Below, piece after piece: positions 47,699-59,520 of a DNA stretch of 64,000 nucleotides. The stretch spans positions 40,736,001 to 40,800,000 of the forward strand of contig NC_045697.1 in the NCBI RefSeq assembly GCF_009834535.1, read 5' to 3'. Below the pieces are notes generated by a model. The model was not told the origin of the DNA. It did no database searches and saw only the letters and a program-made list of their open reading frames with translations. Source of the DNA: Camelus ferus. Taxonomy: Eukaryota. The first letter of the stretch is position 1, and each line of letters opens with the position of its first letter. The translations under genes were made by a program, and so were the position numbers.

Positions 47699-49029
47699 AG
47701 CTTCAGTATCTAGGCAGGTTTCTTTATTGGATATTTTGCAGGTTATTTTTAAAATTAGTGTTTATGAGAAAGGAAAGTGAATAGGTTTCTGTTCGTGAAC
47801 AGGTAATTTTTGCAGCACCCGAGTGCCTGTTTTGTTTTGTTTTTGAACTACAGTGTGATATTTTTGGTATATTATGCCCATACCAATAAAAGTGCTGTTG
47901 CTTGTACCTGGAGCTGACACCACTGATTGATCCATTGTTGTTAGGCAGATACTGTCTGTTCCTCCTCCCACCCTGCCAGCATTGATGAGCAATAGAATGC
48001 ATGGCAAAGAATGGCACCCTAATACAATCCAGCATGTTAGAATATTGTTTTGAAATGTTAAAAGATAATTTGGTTTGTTTATTCTAAAATTTGGACTTTT
48101 TCCCTTTCTCAACAAAACACCAAATGGTAAAGAAATTAAGTATTTTTTCTTCCAAACTAGATGACGAGATTTATATAGTATATTTGTTGTATAATATTTC
48201 TTCTTGTATAGCATGGAATGTAAAGTTATATTGAATCCTAATTGATGATCATTTTAACGTTCAGTATTGCTAGTTTGGGGAAAATATGAAATTTCCAGTC
48301 AGTTTATGTAGATTAGATTATAATTTGTGATTTTCATTTATAACATTTAAAATTAATCTTGTTTGCATTTTGGAAATTTCAGAATTAGGTTAGCATTCTA
48401 AGTTTGAGTTCATTCTTGTGATAGAGTTTGGAAGTAAGCTGTATCAAACTGCCCTATTTTCCTTGTTTGTGATAGATTGCTGAACTATAAGGCTTTACAC
48501 TGTGAAGCCAAGTTCTGTTTCTGGGTCAATTACCAGTGGTAATCACAAGGTCTAAAGAGTATGAGATTGATCAGCTGATGCTGTACAAACTTATGAATGA
48601 GTCTGTCCAGTGGAGTAATGTCTTTGTCTTTTTACTTGAGATTTTTTTTCTTTTCCCCTTTGATATTGGTATTTTCATTTGAAATCTGAATGCTTTTCAA
48701 AGTTCAAGGTTCTAAATCAGTACTTGGGGATTTATAGACTGAAACAGCAGAACTCTGGCTCTCTAGATTTGCTCTTTATAAAATAGTCTGAGAGGTCTAT
48801 ATAGATCTCAAAGATCAATTAGAGATGAATGTAAGATGATCAGTAATTTTACGTATATTCTCTTGAACTTTAAAAAATTCAAAGACATTTTCTGTGTGGA
48901 GAGAATATTTTAATATATGTATTTTAGTTCTCATAAAGGAATTTATATATACCATACAAAGATATAGTTACACTTCCTGTACAAAGAAAAGGTTAATGCC
49001 ATCTTTGTTCTAGTATTGAGTTTTTGCTG

Positions 49030-49775
49030 ATAGGCAAGTCTATGTTGCGTCCTGGGTATTGCCACTTAAATACTGTGTGACCTTGGGGAGGTTTCTTAGC
49101 TTCTCTGAGCCTCATTGGGCACAATTATAAGTAAAGGAATAATACCTCTTTGGGTTGTCCTGAGGATTGAAATGAATAAATGTGAAATAACTAATTCAAA
49201 TAATAGCAGTTACTTATATAGATTTATGTGTCAGACAATTTATAAACTCATTTAATCCTTGTAACAGTCCTATCGAGTTTGTACTGTTACTTTCCTCATT
49301 TTTACAGATTGAGAAACTGAAACTAATGAAAGATTATGTAACTTAACCAAAGTTATACAGTCATACAGAGTAGATAGTAAGCGCTCAACTAATGCTGACT
49401 GTTGTTATCTAAAAAAAAAAAAGAGTAATGTAGCTAGTTCTCATCTTTTGCTATAGTGAAAAATGAATCTGAATGTAGATCATTAGAAAGCATACATTAT
49501 TTCTTTGCTGGAAAAAATGTCGATTGGAAGATTGTGTTCCTCACCAAGGACTGAGAATCACATGATTTACAAAATTAATAATGTAAATATATTGAATGCT
49601 TACTGTGAACTAGATACAGGGCTAAGTACTTTACATATGTTACTTCATTTATGCTTCACAACAATCTTACAAGACAACTGAAACTCAGAATGATTTTAAA
49701 TGACTTGTCCAAGGCTACACAGCTAATACGGAATCCCAAAACTGGCTCTAAACTTTGCTATTAACCACTAGTTTT
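49030..49775. mobile_element. MIR cluster (one + copy interrupted by a - copy at about 49200-49360, another - copy at about 49590-49775)
   Basis: TGCCACTTAAATACTGTGTGACCTTGGGG..TCTCTGAGCCTCA; CTCATTTTTACAGATTGAGAAACTGA; TGACTTGTCCAAGGCTACACAGCTA. Confidence 0.75.
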
Positions 49776-49882
49776 TGTGCTTTGTGTTAGATATGCCTAA
49801 CAGATTTCTCTAAAAAGGAAGGCAACAGCTTAAGTAATTTTAAATAGAAAAAAAGAGTACTCTCATAGTTTTAAAACTAGTA

Positions 49883-50204
49883 CAGTTGGCCATCTATATC
49901 CATGGGTTCCATTTAGGCGAATTCAGGGAACTTCAGACTGAGAATATTCAGGGGGAAAAAAAAACTCCAGAGTTTCAAAAAGCAAAACTTAAATTAGCGG
50001 CGCACCAGCAACTATTTACCTAGCATTTACATTGAATTGGGTATTATAAGTGATACAGAGAGGATTTAAAGTATATGAGAGGAAGATGTAGGTTGGTTAT
50101 ATGCAAATACTGTAACATTTTATATAAGGGACTTGAGCATCCTCGGATTTTGCTGTGGAGTGAGTGTCCTGGAACCAGTTTCCCAGGATACCAAAGGACA
50201 ACTA
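49883..50204 (+). mobile_element. Tigger3/MER2-like TcMar-Tigger non-autonomous element
   Basis: TA|CAGTTGGCCATCTATATCCATGGGTTCC...GGATACCAAAGGACAACTA|TA TIRs; internal ATATGCAAATACT..ATAAGGGACTTGAGCATCC. Confidence 0.85.
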
Positions 50205-50229
50205 TAAATAGTGATTATCCAAAACTAGT

Positions 50230-50421
50230 TTCATATGCCAAATCTTGCTCGCTGTCAGTTTTGTGAAGTTTTTTGGAGCACAACCAGCCATTCCTTTATG
50301 TATTATCTACGGGTGCTTTCCTACCACAGTGGCATAATTGAGTAGTTGTGACAGAGTGTGGATGGCCCACAAAGCCTAAAATACTATCTGACCCTTTACA
50401 GAAAAAGATTGCAGACCCCTG
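50230..50421 (+). mobile_element. MER58-like hAT-Charlie element (followed by a MIR at about 50430-50560)
   Basis: TTGAGTAGTTGTGACAGAG..ATGGCCCACAAAGCCTAAAATA..CCCTTTACAGAAAAAGATTGCAGACCCCTG. Confidence 0.8.
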
Positions 50422-51801
50422 ACCTAGACCAACCCTGTTTTTCTTTTTTATAAATGAAGAAACTGAGACTTGAGAGATAAGGTGACTTTCTAATAATGCA
50501 GTTAGTTAAAATCCAATTCTCCTGACCCCTACCTATCTCACTTTTTTTCTGCTCTACCATGTTCTCTCTCTATAAAATCAACAAGTATACTATATGATCA
50601 TTATATAAGGGACTTTAAACTATTATAAAATGTTTATGATATATAGGAATATTTAACCTAGTTAAAACAGACACACTAGTTATAATAACAGTAAACATTT
50701 AGTCATTTCTCTTTTTAGAATTTGAAGAGCTTTGGGTATATACTTTGTATGGTGCATGCCTTAAAGTTCTGTTGCCGACTTTAAGCTTACATTTCCTTAT
50801 TTTCCTCCACAAATTCCTCTGTAAAAAAGTAGAGACTTTTGGAGTCATTTCATTACTTGATTCCAAAATAATAATTGGAGTTAGAAACCTAACACATACA
50901 CATATTTACAAAATAGAAATCATACAGTCTATCTAGTTCTTTCTGCTTACCGTTACATTATCCATGAAATTTTTAAGCACTGAGGTTATGTGTTTGGATT
51001 TGAATTTGGGAGTGATAACTGGCAGCATTAAGAAGGATGAATGTATTGGTGAGAGAAGAGATTGAGGGAGGCTAATAATAATAATTGTAAGATGATTGGG
51101 CCTGCAACTAAAGTGGTATGGCTAGAGAAGCAAGGTCAACAATAGGAGAGAAATTTAGGAGGTAGGATATCTGAAACTTGATTATAGTTGAATAAAGTGG
51201 AACTGAAACTTTGAGTATATGTGAGCTATTGTATTCAATGGGGGAGCCCTCTTGATCACAAAGGTTAGTTTAGGTTCTCCCATAACATCCAGTATATCTC
51301 TCTACTGTTGCCTTTAACCACATTATTATCATCATCACCTGTTTGTGTCCCATCTAGATGATTCAGGCTCCTTAATGGCAGAAATTACGTCATGTCTTAT
51401 TCATCTTTTTTTTGGGGGGGGGACTCATTTTATAGATAACTTTAAAAATTTAGATTATTCATGCATTTTTTAAAAGCGAAATATAAGAGATAGATTGGTT
51501 AAGGTATTCCTAAGTTTTTTCACATTTAGAATCTGACTCTTGAAGCAATTTTACTGAGTCATTTGTTTTTCCAGACATTATAATCTTAGTCCATCTAGAG
51601 GATGGATGATTCAGGCTTTCATATGAGTGCTATATCTGTCTTCTGAGACATTTGCTTTTAAGCCACCAACACCATTCTTCAAATTTTGATGCAGACACTC
51701 TCTTGGTGTGTAATCCACATTCTTTTTCCATGTATCTTAGTACCAGACCATAACACAGCCTCATCTATTGTGGGTATCTGCCTTTCTTGAGCCCCATAAA
51801 G

Positions 51802-52074
51802 TGGTGCTTCTCAGATTCTGTGGTGAAAGACTAGTTTGTGAATCAATACTTTGTAAAAGATGACAAAAATGAATTACTGGAAAAATGAAATGAAAAAGAG
51901 GACACACAAAATACATACCTCAGTTTTTTTTAATGAAATTCAACAGACATAAAGTTAGTCTGTCAAATATTACTTTGCTAAAAGAGTTTCCAAACACTCC
52001 ATTTTTGACCTACCTCATTGCAGATTTGTTTTGAAAAAAAAGTTTGTGGACGACACTCACTTTGAATAGCACTG
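51802..52074 (-). mobile_element. Charlie18a-like hAT element
   Basis: GTGCTTCTCAGA..TGTGGTGAAAGAC..AAAAATGAATTACTGGAAAAATGAAAT..ATTCAACAGACATAAA..CACTTTGAATAGCACTG; 8-bp TSD CCATAAAG/CTATAAAG. Confidence 0.8.
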
Positions 52075-52314
52075 CTATAAAGCACTTGATTGTTGCTTTT
52101 TGTGTTCATCTTTGAATTTCCAGAACCTGTAATATAACAGGTGATAACTGACTGAATGAATGGATGATTAAACTAATATAAGACAAATGGTGTTTACCCT
52201 TAAGACTGACAGTATTTCTATTTTTTTATTGAAAATTCTTGAAATGTTATAAAAGCACCAGACTAGTATATATCCTTAGTACATGTATGTGTATATTGGA
52301 TTATGTGTTTACCT

Positions 52315-53116
52315 TGTAAGAATAAAAAAGTGTGTTCCCAAACTCCTTTAAAAAAGGCTGATTCTTCTTTCCTAGGAGGTAGCCAGAACAGAGAGCTGTA
52401 AACTCCTTGAAGTGCAGGAGGCTGCTTCTGGTACCTGAGAGGCTCTCACTCAACTTTGCCTCCTTCGCCTTGTGATTTCACCATTCCAGACTGAAATCAT
52501 GGCAGGTCCAGAAACTGAGGCCCAATTCATTTTCGCCGGCATCAAAAAATACTTCAGCTCTTACACTCTCACAGGGAGAATGAATTGTGTACTGGCCACG
52601 TACAGAAGCGTTGCTTTGACTAGTCTTATACTTCAAGTTAAGGTCTAAAAACACTCCAGCTGTGAAAGCAACATAAATTCTAAACTGTACCTCATCTGTT
52701 AAGGTCTCATCCCTGAAGAAGCTAGTGTCAGCTCATCTTGTGATACTCAGTTTGTACAATAAATTACGAACCTGAGGGAAAGAAAAAAAAGACTGATTCT
52801 TGTATAGCCATGGTAATAGTCCCCAGAACCAGTTTTAAATCTGCTTACTTAATAAATGACAGTTTTTTAGAACTAGTTAAACCAATAACAGCTTCCCTTA
52901 GAGGCTTGCAAACTCCTATTCACTGAAAGTCCACCAGCCACTGAACTCCACACTTCCTCCCAAACCCTTTGTAAGATTAGCCATGTACTTTTCTTAGAGG
53001 CTCAGAGGAGCTGTGCCTGACCAGCAGAGTGCTCCCTGAAGTAAGTAACTATTATTTAGCTTTGTGTTTTTTGTTTTGTTACAGATGTCAAGTGGGGATT
53101 ATCTCATCTTTTAACA
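52315..53116 (+). mobile_element. Possible ERV1-like solo LTR hosting the ATP5MK retrocopy
   Basis: Removing the pseudogene leaves a TGTAAG...TTTAACA segment with CCAAT and an LTR-like U5 end. No clean TSD, and the family was not recognised. Confidence 0.35.
52367..52790 (+). pseudogene. ATP5MK: Processed pseudogene of ATP synthase membrane subunit k (ATP5MK/USMG5/DAPIT)
   Basis: ATG 52499 gives MAGPETEAQFIFAGIKKYFSSYTLTGRMNCVLATYRSVAL; after a +1 shift near 52620 it continues VLYFKLRSKNTPAVKAT* (TAA 52674-52676), matching ATP5MK. The CDS spans 178 nt against 177 expected. It is intronless, with AATAAA 52758-52763, A-tail 52779-52790 and TSD AAAAAGGCTGATTCTT (52351-52366) / AAAAAGACTGATTCTT (52786-52801) at a TTT/AAAA L1 endonuclease site. 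Confidence 0.96.
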
Positions 53117-53974
53117 CTTAGAAACAAATTAGTGGTAAGTTTATTTTTTAGTAGGGTTTATGTTTTTATTCAAATAATAATAATTTATTAGGTATAACCC
53201 TGTAACTTCTATGGCATTCTCAAATAAAAATAGTCTTCTAAGAGTTCATACACATCGTTCACCTATTTAGGTAAAATTTAAGTCGTTTTTTTTTTTAATG
53301 CTTTATACTAGATTTTCAGACTATTATGTGTAATAAATTGTCATCTAGTTCAAGCAAGGAAATGACTATGGATAGTGAAGCATCACTAGAATGCCTTCTT
53401 AATAAAACAGATCCCTAAGTAGGAACATCTTAAATGTTATACTTACATACTTATACTCAGTATAGTGAAAATGTTGTTTATAGATTCTGAAAATGACATT
53501 AGTATTTAACAAGCAAAATTCGATAACAAATAACAATTGTATCTAATATGTGCTAATGTTAAGAAAAACATTTTTTTGTAAGTCACAGTAGTAAATTGTT
53601 CGAAGTCATGTGTACCTTTACTGAGTAGTAACTTTTGAAGCTGTAGTCCAGTTTGTCAAAGCAGCAGATTCTCCTTTAATCATTGGCATAATATATCTTC
53701 TTTTGAACTATTTGATTCAAAATTTAAAATCTCTACTCTTTGCTTTTATAAATAAAAAGGGAATGAGTATAGCTTATTTGACTTAAAAGTAAAAAATTAA
53801 ATGTTAAGAAACATACCTTTGAAATGAAATAATTCAAAAATATCTTTGTTAAAATATTTACATATGATTGTGATTAAAATTGTATATCCAGAATGCAGTG
53901 TTATTTTAGCTAAAATAATTTAATTTTTTGTTGATTTGGATAAGCATAGAAAAATAATCTCTAATGTTCATAAT

Positions 53975-54420
53975 CTGTTCATTCCAAAAATACTTTAAGT
54001 ACATCTATTTATGATATGTTGTGCTTAACATGGGAATGATAGGAGTGAATAGAAGGTGCCTGTATTTAGGGGCTTGTGTAGTATTATGGGAAAGAACAAT
54101 ACTGAATAGGCAATTATTAAAAGTATTATAAATTTGACTAACAGTTGAATATGGTATAATCCACTTTATGTTAAGTGCAATGAAAAAGATATGATCAAAT
54201 TGTTACAGGAGCACAGAGGCAGTACATGTGGTCCAGGCTAGGAATAAGACAGATTTTCGGGGATGACCTTTTTGAGCAGATGAACCTGAGCTTAGTCTTA
54301 AAAGGTAAGAGTCAGCTAATTAGAATGGGCATTTCAGAATGAGAGAATAGCCTGAGCAGAGACAGAGCAGTATGAAATAGCATGGAGTGTGTGGAGAATT
54401 CATGCAGTCGGGTTTTCCTC
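53975..54420 (-). mobile_element. L2 fragment
   Basis: TTCATTCCAAAAATACTTTAAGTACATCTA..GGAGCACAGAGG..GAGCTTAGTCTTAAAAGGTAAGAG..GAGAATAGCCTGAGCAGAGACAGAG. Confidence 0.65.
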
Positions 54421-54585
54421 TATACAACATGATGTGGGGTTTACCATCTTGATATTTCACAGATATTTGTGAGTTAATTTTGTTAAATACACACATTCTC
54501 TGTCAACTTTCAGATATAGCTCTAAAATTGATCAGATGCTGCTATAAAATGTAATATTTTGTATCATTTTAAATCTTTTATCTAA

Positions 54586-54631
54586 TACCAGAAATTGACA
54601 CATTATAAATTTACTTCAATTAAAAAAAAAA
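54586..54631 (+). mobile_element. Extremely 5'-truncated L1 tail (about 45 bp)
   Basis: TACCAGAAATTGACACATTATAAATTTACTTCAATT plus A-tail is the terminal part of the L1 3'UTR seen elsewhere here; degenerate TSD AAATCTTTTATCTAA / AAACTTCATCTAA. Confidence 0.65.
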
Positions 54632-56446
54632 CTTCATCTAACTGAATTGTGAAGAATACAAACTAAAGTTATTTTAAAGAAGAATGAGTCTAATAGTACC
54701 ATTGCTTCCTGTAGTAGGTACTGCAGCAGTAACTATATAGCGTTGAGTTTTTTGAGGTACTTTCAGTCAAAGTGCTGTTCGGAGTTCTTTCTACTTAGAG
54801 CTGTTCTGATAAATGTGTGGTATAAAAGTCACTCTGCCTGTAAAGATCTTTATGAGAATAATACAATATATGAGTTAAAACAATATTCTTCAAGAATAAT
54901 ACAGTATGAGTTTTTACAGAATTCTGCATAATAGTATTTCATATTAATAGTACATGCTAAAATGTGGGATTGTAAGTGCAAAGAAATTTGAAAAGAGAAT
55001 GAAGTAGACTGACAACATGGTAGTATCTTTAGGCTTTTGCTAGAAGTTCTGTTTTCTGTGATTCATTGTAAGTTGTGTTTACATGTAAAATATGTTAGTT
55101 TTGTTATATATTCTCTGCAGTGAACCAATAAAACCTATTTTCTTCTGTTTGGAGTTCTCTTTTCTTTAGAACTTCCTATTTTGTTGGTTGATACACTTAG
55201 AGGAACAGAAAAAATAGTCTCATCTTCCTGTCTGCTTCACTGTCATAATGTGCCAGGGTGTGATTAGAAACAGACTGCCATGGACCATCTCTTTTTTCCT
55301 GATGTCTTAATTCTCTTAATATATTTGGGAAAGGGGAGTACCATATTTTTTTCTATAAGAGTCAGAATCTTAGATACATGTTTTAAAAATTCTGAGTTAG
55401 AGTTTAGGTGGGATTATACTCTCACTTGTTATTAACATACAGTCTTTGTAAGTCCTACAGTTGGCTAAGTTCCTTAGAGTGAAGTGTCCTAGGGTAAATT
55501 TTTTTTCCTGTTCTGTCTTCATGTTCTAGTATATATAATAGATTTTTTTTTAAGTTGAAGACATTGTATTCTTTAAATAGACCGTTTTAAGAGAATTTGG
55601 TATAGAAAGTTTTTGAGCTTTTGTGTCTTGCCCAAATCTGAGGTCAAATGTAAAAAAATTTTATAAAAATGGGTATTAATGCCCTTTTCATAGAGTAGTT
55701 CTCTGACAAAGAAATAATTTTATGACTGTAATAAATAAAGCCTTTTACTAGACAGAGGCTATAGTAGTTTGGTATATGGGGGAAAAGTGTATGATAGTTT
55801 TGAATTGTATGTGTTTAAACCTAGTAAAGTTTAAAAATATTAATGATGCCTACAATCATAATACCCAGACACTTAGGGCACCAAATATGGTATGGTAAAA
55901 GTTCTAGATGAAAGAAGACTCATTAGACTACTGGTAATGAAGTTGACCCAGTTTTTTAATATTGGAAAAAAAAAAAAAACACCCAACCCACAGAAGTCAT
56001 GTTAATTCAATTATTATGACCCAGGCTCATGTGGATAAGATACACAGATGTTTTTAAGACATAATCTTTTCAAAGAGTTCAGACTTTATTAAGCAGATAA
56101 ATCTAAAACATAAGGAAAGATGTTGAATGAATCCAAAGTACGAAGTACTGTTTGTGTTCATAGAGGGGAGATCACATCCCATTGGAAGGATTAGAGAAGG
56201 CTTCATGAAAAGAAGCATTACTTAATAAGCTGGGCCTTCACATCATTCCCCCATGAGGAATAGCTTGAGGTCTTGCACATATACTTGAGGAAATGGAATA
56301 GTGAAGTCTGTGATACAGTAGAAGAATGGGCCTAATTAGAACTGAATTGAAACCCTAGCTCTCACCATTTTCTACCTGTGTGACTGGGCAAGTCAGGGAT
56401 GTTTAGGCCATCTGTAATGTAGTTGTGATTCTTAAATGAGAGAGTA

Positions 56447-56599
56447 CAGTCAACCCTGTGTATCTGCAGGTTCTGCATCCATGGAAATGGAGGGCCAACT
56501 ACTATATGCCGTTTTATGTAAGGGACTTGAACATCCTTGGGTTTTGGTATCCGAGTGGGTTCCTGGAACCAATCCCCTGTGGATACAGAGGGACAACTG
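56447..56599 (+). mobile_element. Short Tigger3-like MITE
   Basis: TA|CAGTCAACCCTGTGTATC...GGATACAGAGGGACAACTG|TA; the 3' half is homologous to 50100-50204. Confidence 0.85.
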
Positions 56600-56689
56600 T
56601 ATATGTAAGATCTGGGGGGAAATGTGACACAGTGGTTTAGTAGGTTGTCTTTCCCCTACTTTTCCCTACTTTATGTCAAAAATCAGTGG

Positions 56690-57175
56690 TGGAAGAGATT
56701 GGAAGGTAGGCTGGAGTCAAAGCAGGAAGGGCCTTGAATGCCAGGATAAGCTGTTGAACTACATAATATTAAGCAGTTTGGAAGTGACAGGTATAGCTAG
56801 ATAAATCTGGCAGCATTGCCCTTGACAAATGTTTAGGGGTGAGAAAGAGGGGCACTGTGATTGGTTAATGGAGGTTATTATGGTTAATGGAGTCTATTAT
56901 AGTCCAGACAAGGTATGTGGGTCTGAATTACAGAGAAAGAGAGTAGAGTTTAATGAAAGTAGGAAGAAAAAGATGAGTAGGAGAGAGGTTTTGCCAAGTA
57001 GAAGTCAGGGGAATTGAGACTGATGGGTTATGTAAGTCAAGAGAGGAGTCTGATGTGGCTCAGGTTTTGAATTAGGGCACCTGAAAAAATGGCGTTGCTA
57101 CTTCCAAAAGTAAAGGAATTATTAGAAAGAGTAGCTGGTTTTAGAAGGGAGAAGATAGAGACCTTAATTTTTCAT
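56690..57175 (-). mobile_element. L2 fragment
   Basis: GGTAGGCTGGAGTCAAAGCAGGAAGGGCCTTGAATGCCAGGATAAG..GAGAGGAGTC..CTCAGGTTTTGAATTAGGGCACCTG. Confidence 0.7.
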
Positions 57176-57224
57176 GTTTTGTTGTTGTTGTTGTATAATT
57201 CTATTTCACTAGCAAAATGCTCTG

Positions 57225-57355
57225 AACAGTAGTATAGGATTTAAGCGCATAGACCCTTGGAGTCCTGCTGGCTTAGTTTGAATCCTGGCTACACCACTTA
57301 CTTGGGCTCCACTCCATCTCATTGTGCCTCAGTTTCTTCATCTGTAAAAAGGACA
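57225..57355 (+). mobile_element. MIR 5' half
   Basis: TTAAGCGCATAGACCCTTGGAGTC..TTTGAATCCTGGCTACACCACTTAC..GTGCCTCAGTTTCTTCATCTGTAAAA. Confidence 0.8.
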
Positions 57356-57477
57356 ATCTGTAAAAAGGATAATCTGTAAAAATTTCTGGCAATCAAAGCT
57401 TTTTTGTTAGGTTCATGCGCATATAGAATTATTATATCTTCTTGGTAAATTGACCCTTTTATTAGTATGTAATGTTG

Positions 57478-58720
57478 CTTTTTAATTGTGGTAAATAAAC
57501 ACAACATAAAAATTTCCCGTCTTAGCCATTGTAAAGTATAGAACATTAGTGTTAATTGCGTACACATTGTTGTGCAACAGATTTCTAGAACTTTTTCATC
57601 TTGCAAAACTGAAATGCTTGTACCCATTGAGCAATTCCTTTTTCCCTACTCCTTGGCCTCTGGTCACCACCATTTTACTTTCTGTTTCTAAGAATTTGAC
57701 TACTTTAGATACCTAACTCATGTAAGTGGGTTCATACAGTATTTGTCTTTTTGTGACAGCCTTATATCACTTAGCATAATGTCCTCAAAATCCATCCATG
57801 CTATAGCATATAAAAATTTTCTTCTTTTTCTAAGACTGAATAATATTCCATTCTGTGTATATACCACTTTTTCTTTACCCATTCATCCACTGATGGGCAT
57901 TTATGTTGCTTCTACCTCTTGGCTATTGTGGATAATGCTGAGATGAACATGGGTATGCAAATACATCTTCAAGGTCTTGTTTTCAGTTCTTTCGTATATA
58001 TATGCAGAAGTGGGATTGCTGCATAATGTGATAATTCTATTTTAAATTTTTTGAGGAACTACTGTACTGTTTCCATAGCATCTGTACTATTTTAATATTT
58101 CCAGCAACAGTGATAAGGCTTCCAATTTCTCCACATCCTGGCCAACATTTGTTCTTTTCTGTTTTTTGTTTTGATAGTGGCCATCCTAATAGATGTGAGG
58201 TGATACCTCATTGTGATTTTGATTTGCATTTCCCTGATTTGGTGATGTTGAACATCTTTTCATGTGTTTATTGGCCATTTTTATTTCTTTGGAGAAATGT
58301 TTATTCAAGACCTTTGCCCATTTTTATATTGGATTGCCATGTTTTTTTGTTGCTGAACTGTAGGAGTTCTTTATTCTGGATATTAACCCCTCATCAGATA
58401 TATGATTTGCAAGTATTTTCTTCCACTTTTTGGGTTACCTTTTCACTCTTGGTTGCTTCCTTTAAGATACAGGAGTGTTAAAGTTTGATGTAGTCTCTCT
58501 TTTTTTTTTTTTTTTTTTCTTTTGTTGCCTTGCTTTTCTTGTTATATGCAAGAAATCATTGCCAAAACCAGTGTCATGAAGTGTTTCCCCTATGGTTTCT
58601 TCCAGGAGTTTCATAGTTTCAGGTCTTACATTTAGATCTTTAATATATGTTGAGTTAATTTTTGTGTATGGTGTAAGGTAAGAGTCCAACTTTATTCTTT
58701 GTAATGTGGATATCCACTTT
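57478..58720 (-). mobile_element. L1MA/MB-like 3' fragment
   Basis: Antisense 3'UTR similar to 84-522, plus ORF2 peptide DSYLTPYTKINSTYIKDLNVRPETMKLLEETIGETLHDTGFGNDFL. Confidence 0.9.
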
Positions 58721-59520
58721 TTATATAGTATCTTTTTATCACTGGTAATTTTTTTTGCTCTGAAGTTTGTGTTGTTTGATAATATAGCCAGTTCATGTTT
58801 TTTCCAATTACTGTTATGGTATATATGTTTCTATTCTTTTACTTTCACCTACTTGTATCTTTATACTTAAAGTGGCTCTTTTCTTGCAGGCAACTTATAG
58901 TTGGGTCTCATTTTGTTTTGTCCAATCTTACAGTCTCTTTTTTCTTTTTTAAGCATTTACTTGAGATAATTATAGATTCACTTGCAGTTGTAAGAAATAA
59001 TAAATCTTGGATATCCTTCACCCAGTTTCCCTCAGTGGTAATATCTTGCATAACTTTAGTACGATATCATAACCAGGGAATTGACATTAATACATTTCTG
59101 CTTACTTTATTCAGATTTTTCCTGTTTTACATGCACTCATTTATGAATGTATACTTTATCACATGTATGGATTCATGTGACCACTAGCACAGTCAAGATA
59201 CAGTATAGTTCCATCACAAATATCTTTTGTGATACCCGTTTACAGCCCCTGCCACTCCTTGCCTTCATCTTTCCCTAGCTGCTGGCAACCACTGTGTTTT
59301 CCCCATCTCTATAATTTTGTCATTTTGAGGATGTTACATAAATGGGATCATACAGGATGTAACCCTTTGAGATTGGCTTTTTTTCATTGAGCATGTTATA
59401 TGTTTTAATTGCTTATTCTTTTTTGTTGTTGAGTAGTATTCCTGAGTCTCTGAGTAGTATTCCTTTTAGTTGGAGGCATTTAGACCACTTTTATTTAACA
59501 TGATTATTGATACAATTGGT

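Noticed and set aside
47762..48214. 150-aa and 103-aa minus-strand ORFs
   Set aside because: AT-rich, K/N/I-biased translations antisense to a T-rich intron; no recognisable homology.
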